This document shows, one piece after another, positions 12,560 to 23,731 of a stretch of DNA of 64,000 nt. Origin of the DNA: Centroscyllium fabricii (lineage: Eukaryota). A program made the position numbers and the translations under genes. The stretch lies in contig JBNRSN020000001.1 of NCBI GenBank assembly GCA_051313645.2, forward strand, positions 337,714,001 to 337,778,000. The letters are read 5' to 3'. The notes below the pieces were generated by a model that was given only the letters and a program-made list of their open reading frames with translations, made no database searches and was not told the origin of the DNA. Within the stretch, counting starts at the first letter, position 1; each line of letters begins with the position of its first letter.

Positions 12560-13147
12560 TGTATATATCAACCATTCTGTGTATATATCAACCATTCTGT
12601 GTATATATCAACCATTCTGTGTATATATCAATCATTCTGTGTATATATCAGTCATTCTGTGTATATATCAGTCATTCTGTGTATATATCAATCATTCTGA
12701 GTATATATCAGCCATTCTGAGTATATATCAGCCATTCTGTGTATATATCAGTCATTCTGTGTATATATCAGTCATTCTGTGTATATATCAGTCATTCTGT
12801 GTGTATATCAATCATTCTGAGTATATATCAGTCATTATGTGTATATATCAGCCATTCTGAGTATATATCAGCCATTCTGAGTATATATCAGCCATTCTGA
12901 GTATATATCAGCCATTCTGAGTATATATCAGTCATTCTGTGTATATATCAGTCATTCTGTGTGTATATCAATCATTCTGAGTATATATCAGTCATTATGT
13001 GTGTATATCAATCATTCTGAGTATATATCAGTCATTATGTGTATATATCAGCCATTCTGAGTATATATCAGCCATTCTGAGTATATATCAGCCATTCTGA
13101 GTATATATCAGTCATTCTGTGTATATATCAGCCATTCTGTGTATATC
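12560..13147. repeat. 20-bp minisatellite (TATATATCAGCCATTCTGAG/TG), ~29 units, in LIN28B intron 2
   Basis: 20-nt periodicity is directly visible; degenerate units extend left to ~12460. Confidence 0.97.
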
Positions 13148-13975
13148 ACTGTGTGGATTTGATTCTGTGCATCGTAAGAAGCCAATCATTGATCGCACAG
13201 TGGGCAGACATCCTGCATCTGAAGGTGCTGCAATTATCAACAATCCAATCCAAGTTTCTTTTAATAAACTATTTGCTCCTCCAGAAATCTTCCGAGGCCA
13301 ATCGTCACACAATAAAGCGGGAGAAAAGGGGAACCTTTCTCTTGCACTCCCCGAGTTTTGCAAGAAAACGCCGTGGAATAAATATCACGGTGGCGGTTTT
13401 AAAGCTTTCAGTCTTTCGGAAGGGGACTGTATATTGCAACAAACGCCCCTCAATATTTCCCTGTACCAAACATGCAACAGTCTTGAGTCTAGCATTTCCG
13501 GGTTTCACCTCTGACCTTGACAAGCAGATCGTTATTGTGATATTTTTGCGCCGGCAGGGAACACCAATTGCCATGTGGATGGCGTTTTCCTTTAAACTTC
13601 GCTCATGCATCAGACTTTCTCCGTCGCTTTTTCATCCGCCACCCAGTAAAAAATTATTGTATGCAACAAAAAAGTGTATTCAGCCAGGCAATCATGAAAC
13701 GGTTGACTACAACCTCCCGCTATCTGGTTTCCAGAGTTACACCACTCCAGATTGGCGAAAGGGAGGGGGGCACAGCACAGCACATATGAAACGTGAATGA
13801 AATGGGATGGGAGCCGATTCCAGCTCCTACCGTACAATCCAGAACATTTACACCAATTGCGCGGGTTTTTTTTTTACAATTGAGCTTTAACTATTTCTCT
13901 ACAGACAACCCCTCCCCCTTCCAAAAGCAAAACATTTGTTTTATGAATGAAACTGGCGGAATTATGCAAACTTAC

Positions 13976-14157
13976 TTGGTGTACGAAAACATCGACTGGC
14001 GTCTCCAAGGGGGTGCCTTCCCGAGAGGTCATGGAGATAAACCCGAATCCCATCCTGACGTTGAACCATTTACAGTGGCCTGCTCCCTGCTGGAGCTGAG
14101 ATTCGTCTTTCTCTGTTAATTTTCCTTTTTCGTCTCCACCACCTTTACCCGTCCCTC
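13976..14157 (-). CDS. LIN28B: LIN28B coding exon 2 (N-terminal part of cold-shock domain)
   Basis: Translates (G)GTGKGGGDEKGKLTEKDESQLQQGAGHCKWFNVRMGFGFISMTSREGTPLETPVDVFVHQ, the LIN28 CSD signature with a LIN28B-type N-terminus. Flanked by pyrimidine tract + CAG acceptor (14160-14158) and GTAAG donor (13975-13971). 182 nt, phase 1 in and phase 0 out, as in vertebrate LIN28B. Confidence 0.96.
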
Positions 14158-14931
14158 CTGGACAATTGCGAACACAAGAGGGGAGAGAGAGAGAGAGAGG
14201 GGAGGAAAAACAAGGTTTCAATTGATCTGACGGAAAAGAGGGGATGGGGGGGGGGAGTGGAAATCATTAACAAAGTACATTTAAAAATAAGCTTCTGAAA
14301 GAAAGCACTTCACACATCGACATGGACATTGGCTGAAGCCTATATGGCAAAGCCATTGTAATATCGATTCTGATCCATGTGCAATCCTCCTTTACTCCAT
14401 GTTTGAGGCAGCAAATTACGATCAGCAAACCGTACGTAACTGGAATAGGGCTGGTTTAAAACGGAGCCCATCGCCCGCAGAAACCAGTGTCACACACAAG
14501 CCCGGCTATTCTCCACAAATCGTCATCAACATTCAACAGCGCCGATCGCCAGAGCTCTTTTTTTTGTATTGCTGTGCTCGAACCAGCTTCGTATTTCTGC
14601 TGAAGAAAACTACTGTCGCGTCCAGCGTGCGTCCTCCGATCAAACTTAAGGGGCAGGTGTACAGTGTGTGTTGCCCCCTTCCCCGCACACACACACACAC
14701 ACTGGAGAGAGCGAGCGAGAGAAAACTGTGCTTAATCGGACACAAACAGTCCACACAATAGCCCTCAGAAAGCCTTTGAAGTTGTGAATAAATGGGGGGC
14801 GGGTACATACATTTTGGGAGATCTACAACAATGGGTTTGGAAAAGCCCCCCTTCTGCGATCTCTTAAAAGTATGCAGCCCAAAAAAAAAAGGATTTTTTT
14901 TTAAACAAAAAGAGAGAGAGAGAAATGTAAC

Positions 14932-14941
14932 CTTCGGCCAT
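14932..14941 (-). CDS. LIN28B: LIN28B coding exon 1 (ATGGCCGAAG, MAE-G)
   Basis: CAAC-ATGGCCGAAG|GT on the minus strand; the phase-1 donor joins exon 2 in frame to give MAEGGTGKGGG, matching the LIN28B start MAEGG. Confidence 0.92.
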
Positions 14942-15190
14942 GTTGTCACACAGGCCCCTGTGTCCAAACCCGCCCGATGAGAACTTTTTCCTTGGAATGG
15001 GTAATCTTCGGCATCAATCTAGCGTCATAGGGATCAAACATTTAGCAATCGCCAATGCTCACATGGTCTAACGTTAGAGTGTCCCCTCCCTCCCTCCCTG
15101 GCACACACGTGACTCGTCAATTACATGCCTTCTTGCCGCTAATTACACATCGCAGGCTTTCCAGAGGCAGAACAGAGCCAATCGGCCGCC
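14942..15190 (-). promoter_or_regulatory. LIN28B: LIN28B 5'UTR and proximal promoter with E-box (CACGTG 15106-15111) and CCAAT box (15178-15182)
   Basis: Minus strand reads AATTGACGAGTCACGTGTG...TTAGACCATG...TAGATTGATGCCGAAGATTAC...CAACATGG, resembling the mammalian LIN28B 5' end as I recall it. The motifs are directly visible. Confidence 0.75.
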
Positions 15191-17897
15191 CCTCTAACCT
15201 GTCACCGCATTCATCGATGATTCAAACCACCCCCCCCCCCCACCCCCCAAAAAAAACCTCCCGATTTTTTACCCAGCTAATTTGTCCGACATTTTTGATG
15301 AACCGGTCAGCTCGATACACTTAAAGCCTCAGGGTTTCTTCCCCCCGTTGTTTTGCTTTCTGTGGGGAACGTCAAGCTAATGCAACATATACTAACCACA
15401 GATCAACTGTTATGATAAACACGATTATATATAAACTGACAATGCTGTGTGTGAATTTATTCGCAAATCTCGACAGTTCACACATCGCTGGCAATAATCC
15501 TATGTAAATATTGTTAATGCAGTGAAGAGTTGTGAATGTAATATTCTGATTTTATATAATTATATATAGTTAAATATAGGAAGGACAGATTTTTAAATTG
15601 TGCAAAAGGAGTCCCGGGCATGTCGCCGACGGTTTTTTTTATTTAGTAACATTCAGGAGAAGCTCTCCACACAAAATAATCAAAGATCTCACAAAAGATA
15701 TTGGATACTTTTCCTTCCGAGTAATAAACGCGAGCGGAGAGCGGCGGCTTTTGTGCCGCCGCCTTAAAGCAAGGTGATACCATTTGAATGTAAGATGTCA
15801 TTTTTTTTTAATGATCTCCGTTTAAACTATAAAACGGTTCATCAATCACACAAGCCATACTTGATGCCTTTATTTCAGAATGAGGATTCCAGTGACGGTG
15901 TCTTTTGCAAGCATTTTGGGCAGTGTTGGCTTTTAAGGCCACATGTACCCAGTTTTGAAAGTATATATATATATCATCAACACTAAAGATGATTAGTCTT
16001 CTCCCACATGCGACTTTCCCTCACTTTTTGTTAAAAGGAAATGCCCCTTCCAAAGGGGTTCAAAGGTCAAGCATTTGCTTCATTGCTCCTGTTGTTATTT
16101 TGAAATACCTTTACATTTGGCGTTTGGAGGAGAAATGTGCAAGGCTCTCTGAAAAGGGGATGGTAAAAGTTGGTGTTCTAGGAAGGGGGGGGAGGAAAGT
16201 GGCCGATTTTACATTGTTTGCTATGCATTGTCGATTACCATGCGTTTTACTCAAAAAAAAACTGGCCTGACGTGTCGGCGCCAACTAGTCTGACCAATTG
16301 TAAGGGGCAGTTTGCGCTTAAAGGGCTTGTTTACTGTTCTAACATCAGCGTCTTAAAAGTCGCAAACATTTGCTTTCGCACAACGTGCACTTTTGTCCAC
16401 CTAAAGTGCGCTGGTCAAGCATCGCAGGAGGTTTGGGGCAGATTTTTTTAACGGGTTAGGGGAGGGTAGAGAGAGAACAGCCTACTAACTCGCAGTCCTG
16501 AAATTCCTTTGAAGTCTTCAACCGTAAATTTCCTATAGGTTATTTCAACAGAGCGTGAGTTGAGGTCCAATCTCTAAACCGACCTAAAATGGTTGCGTTT
16601 GTTGGCTCTGTGATCACTCTCGTCTCTTTTTTCTCTCTCTCTCCAGTGTTTCCAGTACCGCTTTGTACCAGGCCATCGATTGAATTTAAAACCATCAAAT
16701 CTTCAAAAAAAAAATCATGCTGCGGTCCCCTACACGTTTTACAAATAACCTTTCATTTTACTACGATTACTTGCGCCACGCAGCCACATGCAACCAAGAA
16801 AAGCCCACATGCCCACCGTTTCCAAAAGAATGATATGTGCCTGCCTTCTGCAAAAGATGTAAGTGCACTTATTCCAAACAAAGACACGAAAAACAATCGA
16901 AAGGCACCAGTTTATTTGCAAACGCCCAATGAGTATATGGGGGTCGAAGTTGGTATTTTATTCGTGACGCGCGCCTCAGACAAGTTAAGGATACTTTTAA
17001 ATTCTTGAAATTCTTAAAGTCCCCGTTAACAGAGCAAATGGGCAATCTTTAAACGGGGGGTGGTGTTGAAAGCTTTCAGTTTTACTGAGTGCGCAATGCT
17101 TCCCGAAACTCATAAATGAACCTCCCTCCCCCCCAATAATTACAAATCGATAAAGTCAGCTAGCATAAATACAACTGATAGATCCCAGTTTCTCCTTTAA
17201 TATTTGATCCTCCGACTGCGGGCGGCAGAAACGGCTGTTTCAGGCTTTTCCTCGTATTAGGAGAATTAAGATCGGGTCAGCAGAGTGGTCACTGGGTGTC
17301 AGATGTTATCGAGTCATTCATTTCCTGTGCGAGGACATCAGCCTTTCAAGTCATGCAAAGGTATAGCTTTGGTCAGCTGGGAAGCCCACATCCCAGCTTT
17401 AGCCCATTCAGAAACAATCAGCCAAGTTGTTCTTTATAAAGAAAGCTTTTTTTTTTAAAAACGCAATTCTTTAACAAAATACAAAAAAAAACACAGCTTA
17501 GAGAATGTAACCGGCTGCAGCAAGCAGTTTCCCAGTAAGCCTTTATGTGCTTGCTCAAAATAACTTTTTAAAGTCTTTATTACACGTTTCTCACGTTTCT
17601 TCCTGAAAGATCCGACTTGAAGATAAAAAGTTTAAATTTTTTGCTGAAGTCCCCCACCATAAGCTTCACATTCTGGAGCCTCGACCTTACCCGGCGAGTG
17701 TGCCTTGACCAGCCAGCAAGGAGGCATCGTCTTTCGGAGGTCCTATTGAGAAAGGTCTCGGTCTCTTGGGCAAACGCTGATTTTTTTTTCTCTCTATCGA
17801 ATTCAGTATTGTGGGTATAATTAAACCCCAAAAGCAATTCGTCAGATCAGATTTAGGTTTCGTCGCGCCGAAGAAAACTACTCGGCGTTTCATTTTA

Positions 17898-18177
17898 AAC
17901 ATAGAAGATAGGAACAGGAGTAGGCCATTCGGCCCCTCGAGCCTGCTCCTCCATTCAATGCGATCATGGCTGATCATCCAAACCCAGCACCCTGTCCCTG
18001 CTTTCTCCCCATATCCCTTGATACCTTTAGCTCTAAGAAATATATCTAACTCCTTCTTGAATATATTTAATGACCTGGCCTCAACTACATTCTGTGGTAG
18101 AGAATTCCACAGGTTCACCACTCTCTGGGTGAAGAAATTCTTCCTCATCTCTGTCCTAAATGGCTTACCCCTTATCT
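17898..18177 (-). mobile_element. CR1 LINE 3' end
   Basis: IRGKPFRTEMRKNFFTQRVVNLWNSLPQ plus CR1 tail. Confidence 0.92.
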
Positions 18178-18239
18178 GCTGCATCTGCTTTTTGTTTCAA
18201 CAAAATGGGCTTTGTGCGATTCAAGATCTATAAAGGAAT

Positions 18240-18578
18240 AACTTGCATTTATATAGCGTCTTTCAGGAGCTCAAGATGCCCCCAGAGCGCTTTACAGACA
18301 AGGGGAGCACTATTGAGGGGTTGTGATGTAGGAAACGCAAACATCAAGTTCACAAAAACAGCAATGAGATAATGACCAGATAATCTGTTTGAGTGATATT
18401 GGTCGAGGGATAAACATTGTCCAGGACACTTGGGCAACTGCTGCCCCTCTTCAAGACAGTGCGACCTGAGAAGGTAGATAGGGCCATGGTTTAACGTCTC
18501 ATCCAAATGAAGGCACCTGGGACAGTGCAGCACTCCCTCGGTTCTGCGCCTGGATTATGTGCTCCAGTCTCTCGAGTC
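18240..18578 (-). mobile_element. Deu-domain SINE (SacSINE1-like), diverged
   Basis: Reverse-complement similarity to 39530-39988. Confidence 0.7.
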
Positions 18579-18950
18579 CATGGCCTCGCTCCTCCCTATC
18601 TCTGTAATCTCCTTCAGCCCCACAAACCCCCGAGATATCTGCGTTCCTCTAACTCTAGATCTTGAGCATCCCTGATTATAATCGCTCAACTATTGGTGGC
18701 CATGCCTTCTGTTGCCCAGGCCCTAAGCTCTGTAATTCCCTGCCTAAACCTCTCTGCCTCACTACCTCTCTCTCCTCCTTTAAGATGCTCCTTAAAACCT
18801 ACCTTTTTGACCAAAATTTTGATCACCTGCCCTAATTTATCCTTATGTGGATTGGTGTCAAATGTTTTGTTAAAATACCCCTGTCCAGCGCCATGGGAGG
18901 TTTTACTACGTTAAGGCGCCATATAAAAATTCCAGTTGTTGTTGTTGTTG
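18579..18950 (+). mobile_element. L2-type LINE 3' end
   Basis: HGLAPPYLCNLLQP..LRSS motif, WNSLP-like block, (GTT)n tail. Confidence 0.75.
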
Positions 18951-19455
18951 GAGTAGGGCTCTGACCTGCGACCTCCTGATTCCGCTCCCACTGAGCAAGA
19001 ATGACACCCAAATATAAAGAAAACGCAACACACGATACGTTTAATAACGATTAGCTTTCATAGCACTTCCATCATTTAATGATAGGTCAGTGTCCATGAT
19101 GGATATTTTCAGAAATTGGAAAGAATATGTAGATTTAATCCGCAACATTACCATATTGCTAAAGCACCCATTTTAGAGCCTTGTTTATGCACAATTCGTT
19201 GCGATTCCTGCATCTTCGGTTGAAATGAAAGTTCAGAAGAATTATATTTAAAATTATAAATGGAAATATTTACCTGTTATTTATATTTATAAAATATAGT
19301 TTGGTATTTACATCAGTTTTTTAAATTAAAATACATGCGGGAGACTTGTTAGATAAAACGAATCCACTAAAATCGAATTTCCAACTATTCTCAATGTGCG
19401 GCATTGACTCGCCAGGGGATGTGAGTTAACAAGTGATTCGGATACTTCATTAGTG

Positions 19456-19780
19456 NNNNNNNNNNNNNNNNNNNNNNNNNNNNNNNNNNNNNNNNNNNNN
19501 NNNNNNNNNNNNNNNNNNNNNNNNNNNNNNNNNNNNNNNNNNNNNNNNNNNNNNNNNNNNNNNNNNNNNNNNNNNNNNNNNNNNNNNNNNNNNNNNNNNN
19601 NNNNNNNNNNNNNNNNNNNNNNNNNNNNNNNNNNNNNNNNNNNNNNNNNNNNNNNNNNNNNNNNNNNNNNNNNNNNNNNNNNNNNNNNNNNNNNNNNNNN
19701 NNNNNNNNNNNNNNNNNNNNNNNNNNNNNNNNNNNNNNNNNNNNNNNNNNNNNNNNNNNNNNNNNNNNNNNNNNNNNNNN
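19456..19780. other. Assembly gap (325 N)
   Basis: Run of N. Confidence 1.
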
Positions 19781-19967
19781 TTCACTATTTAGGGTGGTAT
19801 TAGTCACATACTTAGGATTTTACCAGACGACCGATGATAAGGCTTTGGCTATCCCTTTTTTAAAATCCCTTTCTAAGTAAAATTTACATCTGCCAGATCA
19901 GCAGCACCTCTTCATTCGAAATGATTAATCTTAAATATAAACTAACAATGGAGTTCTCCATTGATAG

Positions 19968-20095
19968 GATAGCAAAATACTGCGGATGCTGGAAATCCGA
20001 AATAACAACAGAAAACGCTGGAGAAACTCAACAGGCCAGGCAGCATCAGTGGAGAGAGACAGAGTTAACGTTTCAGCTCGATGACCTTTCGTCAG
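19968..20095 (-). mobile_element. Penelope-like terminal fragment with hammerhead motif
   Basis: Minus strand CTGACGAAAGGTCATCGAGCTGAAACGTTAACT plus the conserved terminus. Confidence 0.8.
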
Positions 20096-20933
20096 CCCAT
20101 AGATGATGGCTGGTGACGGATTAAACGTTAAGCGTGTGCTTTAGACACCCAAAAATATTCAATCTTTAATCTGATAACAAATCGAAGCGATTCTCTGTAA
20201 AAACACATTTTGAATTGTCATTGGAACGGATTGAACAAGAGGTGAGCGCCTTTCTCAAGTGAAGTGATGGCAGCGTGTATTTTTAAATGGGGGGTGGTGA
20301 CAAACCGACCCGATCAACCTTGCCTGATTATGGAGGTGTTTACAGCAGTTCGACTCAAGTCCAGCAGACTTTCTAGTTTGTGTTTGCAGTTTTCAAACAC
20401 AGTTCCAGTCTAGAGCGATCGGACATGCGACTATCTCGCGCCTCAATTCCATTTTTATTGGTTTAAGTGGCAAATCAAGTGTCACGCGGACCCGACCAGA
20501 CAGTAAAGTCCCAAAATGTGGTTCAACGCAACATATTTCGTTCTATCGAAACGGAAATGATTCGGTCGCGTTTAAATAAAACGTCGTCGATTGGGGTTGC
20601 GTTTCATCGTGGCCGGTCGTTTGTTACAGGCTGTTCGATAGTCCCAGGTTTGGGGGCAGTAATCACTTCACAAAGCGTCTTTTGTTTTAATTGAAAACGA
20701 CCAACGGAGGGGGGAAAACAAATTAAACTTTATTTGACATACAGCGTGGATCCCGTTAAGATCAGGAATCAACCATTCTGAATGCCGGGCGGTGGTTAAT
20801 TATTTATATATTTGATATAAATTAACATCTGTTTGACTTAATGCCTTGGGGTTTAATCCCACTACAATAACAGAAAACGCTGGAGAAACTCAGCCGGCCA
20901 GGTAGCATCGGTGGAGAGAGGAACAGAGTTAAC

Positions 20934-23142
20934 GGGGAGATTGGAAGGGCGGGAACCTGGCGGGGATTGGTCTGGGCCGCTTCAAACAGCTGGGAAGGCC
21001 ACTCAATTTGTTTAATTAGGTTGTTAAATCCCCGGGCGGCAGCAGGAGGTAATTAAGTCAATCCAGTTGGGCTGTAGCAGGTCTGCTAGGAGTTTGATTG
21101 ACAGTTCCAGCACTGGTTGTTGACAGTTCCCATGGAAACACTCCACTGTGATATCACAGTCGAGTGGAACCAATGGGAAAGGTCAAGTGCTGGTGACTGA
21201 CAGGTGGGCGGGCAGGCTCCGAATCATTGACAGCTCGGCACCTGCTGTGAGGTAATGTGCAAAGCTGAGATTTCTCAGTTTTTGCTCACAGCTGGTGCAG
21301 CAACCACAGAGTTACTTACTCCTCTAAGGTGCTGGAGGCATGCCAAGCATTTGGCAGCATGTCCTTCCCCACCTTGAAGGAGAAAGTAATGACCAGCACT
21401 GTGCTCCCGCTAGAGCGGGGTTTAAGGTGACAAGGCAAAATGGCTGAGGGCCCTTAAAATGACACTAAAAATGCCAATTAAGGGCCCCATACGAGGTGAC
21501 AACCATTCCTGCCGACCGGCGGCGGCGGCAAGGTTTCGGGGCGGGGAATGATGGGGGGGCGGGGAATGATGGGTTGGGGGGGCGGGGAATGATGGGTGGG
21601 GGATGCGGGGAATGATGGGTGGGGGGGGGCGGGGAATGATGGGTGGGGGGGGGCGGGGAATGATGGGTGGGGGGGGCGGGGAATGATGGGTGGGGGGGGC
21701 GGGGAATGATGGGTGGGGGGGGCGGGGAATGATGGGTGGGGGGGGCGGGGAATGATGGGTGGGGGGGGCGGGGAATGATGGGTGGGGGGGCGGGGAATGA
21801 TGGGTGGGGGGGGCGGGGAATGATGGGTGGGGGGGGGGCGGGGAATGATGGGTGGGGGGGGGCGGGGAATGATGGGTGGGGGGGGCGGGGAATGATGGGT
21901 GGGGGGGGCGGGGAATGATGGGTGGGGGGGGGCGGGGAATGATGGGTGGGGGGGGCGGGGAATGATGGGTGGGGGGGGGGCGGGGAATGATGGGTGGGGG
22001 GGGCGGGGAATGATGGGTGGGGGGGGCGGGGAATGATGGGTGGGGGGGGCGGGGAATGATGGGTGGGGGGGGCGGGGAATGATGGGTGGGGGGGGCGGGG
22101 AATGATGGGTGGGGGGGGCGGGGAATGATGGGTGGGGGGGGCGGGGAATGATGGGTGGGGGGGGCGGGGAATGATGGGTGGGGGGGGCGGGGAATGATGG
22201 GTGGGGGGGGCGGGGAATGATGGGTGGGGGGGGCGGGGAATGATGGGTGGGGGGGGCGGGGAATGATGGGTGGGGGGGCGGGGAATGATGGGTGGGGGGG
22301 CGGGGAATGATGGGTGGGGGGGCGGGGAATGATGGGTGGGGGGGCGGGGAATGATGGGTGGGGGGGGCGGGGAATGATGGGTGGGGGGGCGGGGAATGAT
22401 GGGTGGGGGGGGCGGGGAATGATGGGTGGGGGGGGCGGGGAATGATGGGTGGGGGGGGCGGGGAATGATGGGTGGGGGGGGGCGGGGAATGATGGGTGGG
22501 GGGGCGGGGAATGATGGGTGGGGGGGCGGGGAATGATGGGTGGGGGGGCGGGGAATGATGGGTGGGGGGGAATGATGGGTGGGGGGGGCGGGGAATGATG
22601 GGTGGGGGGGGCGGGGAATGATGGGTGGGGGGGGCGGGGAATGATGGGTGGGGGGGCGGGGAATGATGGGTGGGGGGGGCGGGGAATGATGGGTGGGGGG
22701 GGCGGGGAATGATGGGTGGGGGGGGCGGGGAATGATGGGTGGGGGGGGCGGGGAATGATGGGTGGGGGGGGCGGGGAATGATGGGTGGGGGGGGCGGGGA
22801 ATGATGGGTGGGGGGCGGGGAATGATGGGTGGGGGGGCGGGGAATGATGGGTGGGGGGGCGGGGAATGATGGGGGGGCGGGGAATGATGGGTGGGGGGGC
22901 GGGCGGGGAATGATGGGTGGGGGGGGCCGGCGGGGAATGATGGGTGGGGGGGGGGGCGGGCGGGGAATGATGGGTGTGGGGGGGCGGGGAATGATGGGTG
23001 GGGCGGGGAATGATGGGTGGGGGGGGCGGGGAATGAAAAAGCGGCGGGGATCCTGCGGGCGAGGTCGGGACCCGCCGGTTGCGCTATTTTGCCGGCCGGG
23101 CCGCCGAAAACCCCGCCTCACAGGGACATGAAATTGACCCCC
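20934..23142. mobile_element. PIF/Harbinger-like non-autonomous element (copy 2) inside a Penelope terminal fragment (20866-20933, 23143-23161)
   Basis: Colinear with 2145-2986; GGGG...CCCCC ends; AAC duplication at 20931-20933 and 23143-23145. Confidence 0.65.
21539..23037 (+). repeat. G-rich ~23-bp minisatellite (GCGGGGAATGATGGGTG6-9), ~60-65 units
   Basis: Directly visible; G-run length varies between units. Confidence 0.97.
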
Positions 23143-23298
23143 AACGTTTCAGGTAGACCTTTAATTCTACTATATGGTTGGCGCTTCGGTCCCTTTAAAT
23201 CTCGCTGTTTCTGATTTTGATCGAGGTTCCCTGGGCCACAACACATCGGCAAAGAGCTTTAAGATCAGGGACGTAACCAGCCTCTCGAACATGTGTCC

Positions 23299-23731
23299 CA
23301 GGGCCGGCCCTACCATATAAACGATGTAAACATTTGTTTAGGGCCCCCGATTTGAGAGGGCCCCTCATAGGCCTAAGTGTTTTCATGCCCATGATAGACA
23401 TACATTGCCCCTGCACAATATTGTGCACAATGTACTGGTACATAACTGGTGCATAATTATATACTGGGTACAGTAGGTTTTAGTGCCGGCAGAAGAAGCC
23501 CCCCTTGTGCTTGTGCACACATATCTACAGACACAAACAGAAAGGGCCCCCAAAATACCTTGTTTGGGGCCCCCAAAAACCTTGTTTGGGGCCCCCAAAA
23601 TACCTTGTTTGGGGCCCCCAAATACCTTTTTTGGGGCCCCCAAAATACCTTGTTTGGGGCCCCCAAAATACCTTGTTTGGGGCCCCCAAAATACCTTGTT
23701 TGGGGCCCCCAAATACCTTGAGCCGGCCCTG
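23299..23731. mobile_element. hAT-type MITE with internal ~23-bp tandem repeat
   Basis: TIR CAGGGCCGGC/GCCGGCCCTG, perfect 8-bp TSD ATGTGTCC (23291-23298, 23732-23739); about 8 units of GGGCCCCCAAAATACCTTGTTTG at 23543-23720. Confidence 0.9.

Noticed and set aside
12504-12860. Repetitive ORFs / CRISPR-like periodicity
   Set aside because: Pure 20-bp tandem repeat with no unique spacers, in a eukaryotic context.
1-13970. LIN28B exons 3-4 (rest of the CSD, CCHC zinc knuckles)
   Set aside because: No SKL.MEGFRSL or CYNCG coding sequence found by eye; probably beyond the left edge.
13874-14221. 115-aa ORF as a complete protein
   Set aside because: Only 13976-14157 is exon; the flanks are intronic read-through.
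19391-19807. ORFs across the N run
   Set aside because: Assembly gap artefact.
21478-23121. 547-aa proline-rich ORF
   Set aside because: Translation of the C-rich strand of the minisatellite; frame changes follow homopolymer length.
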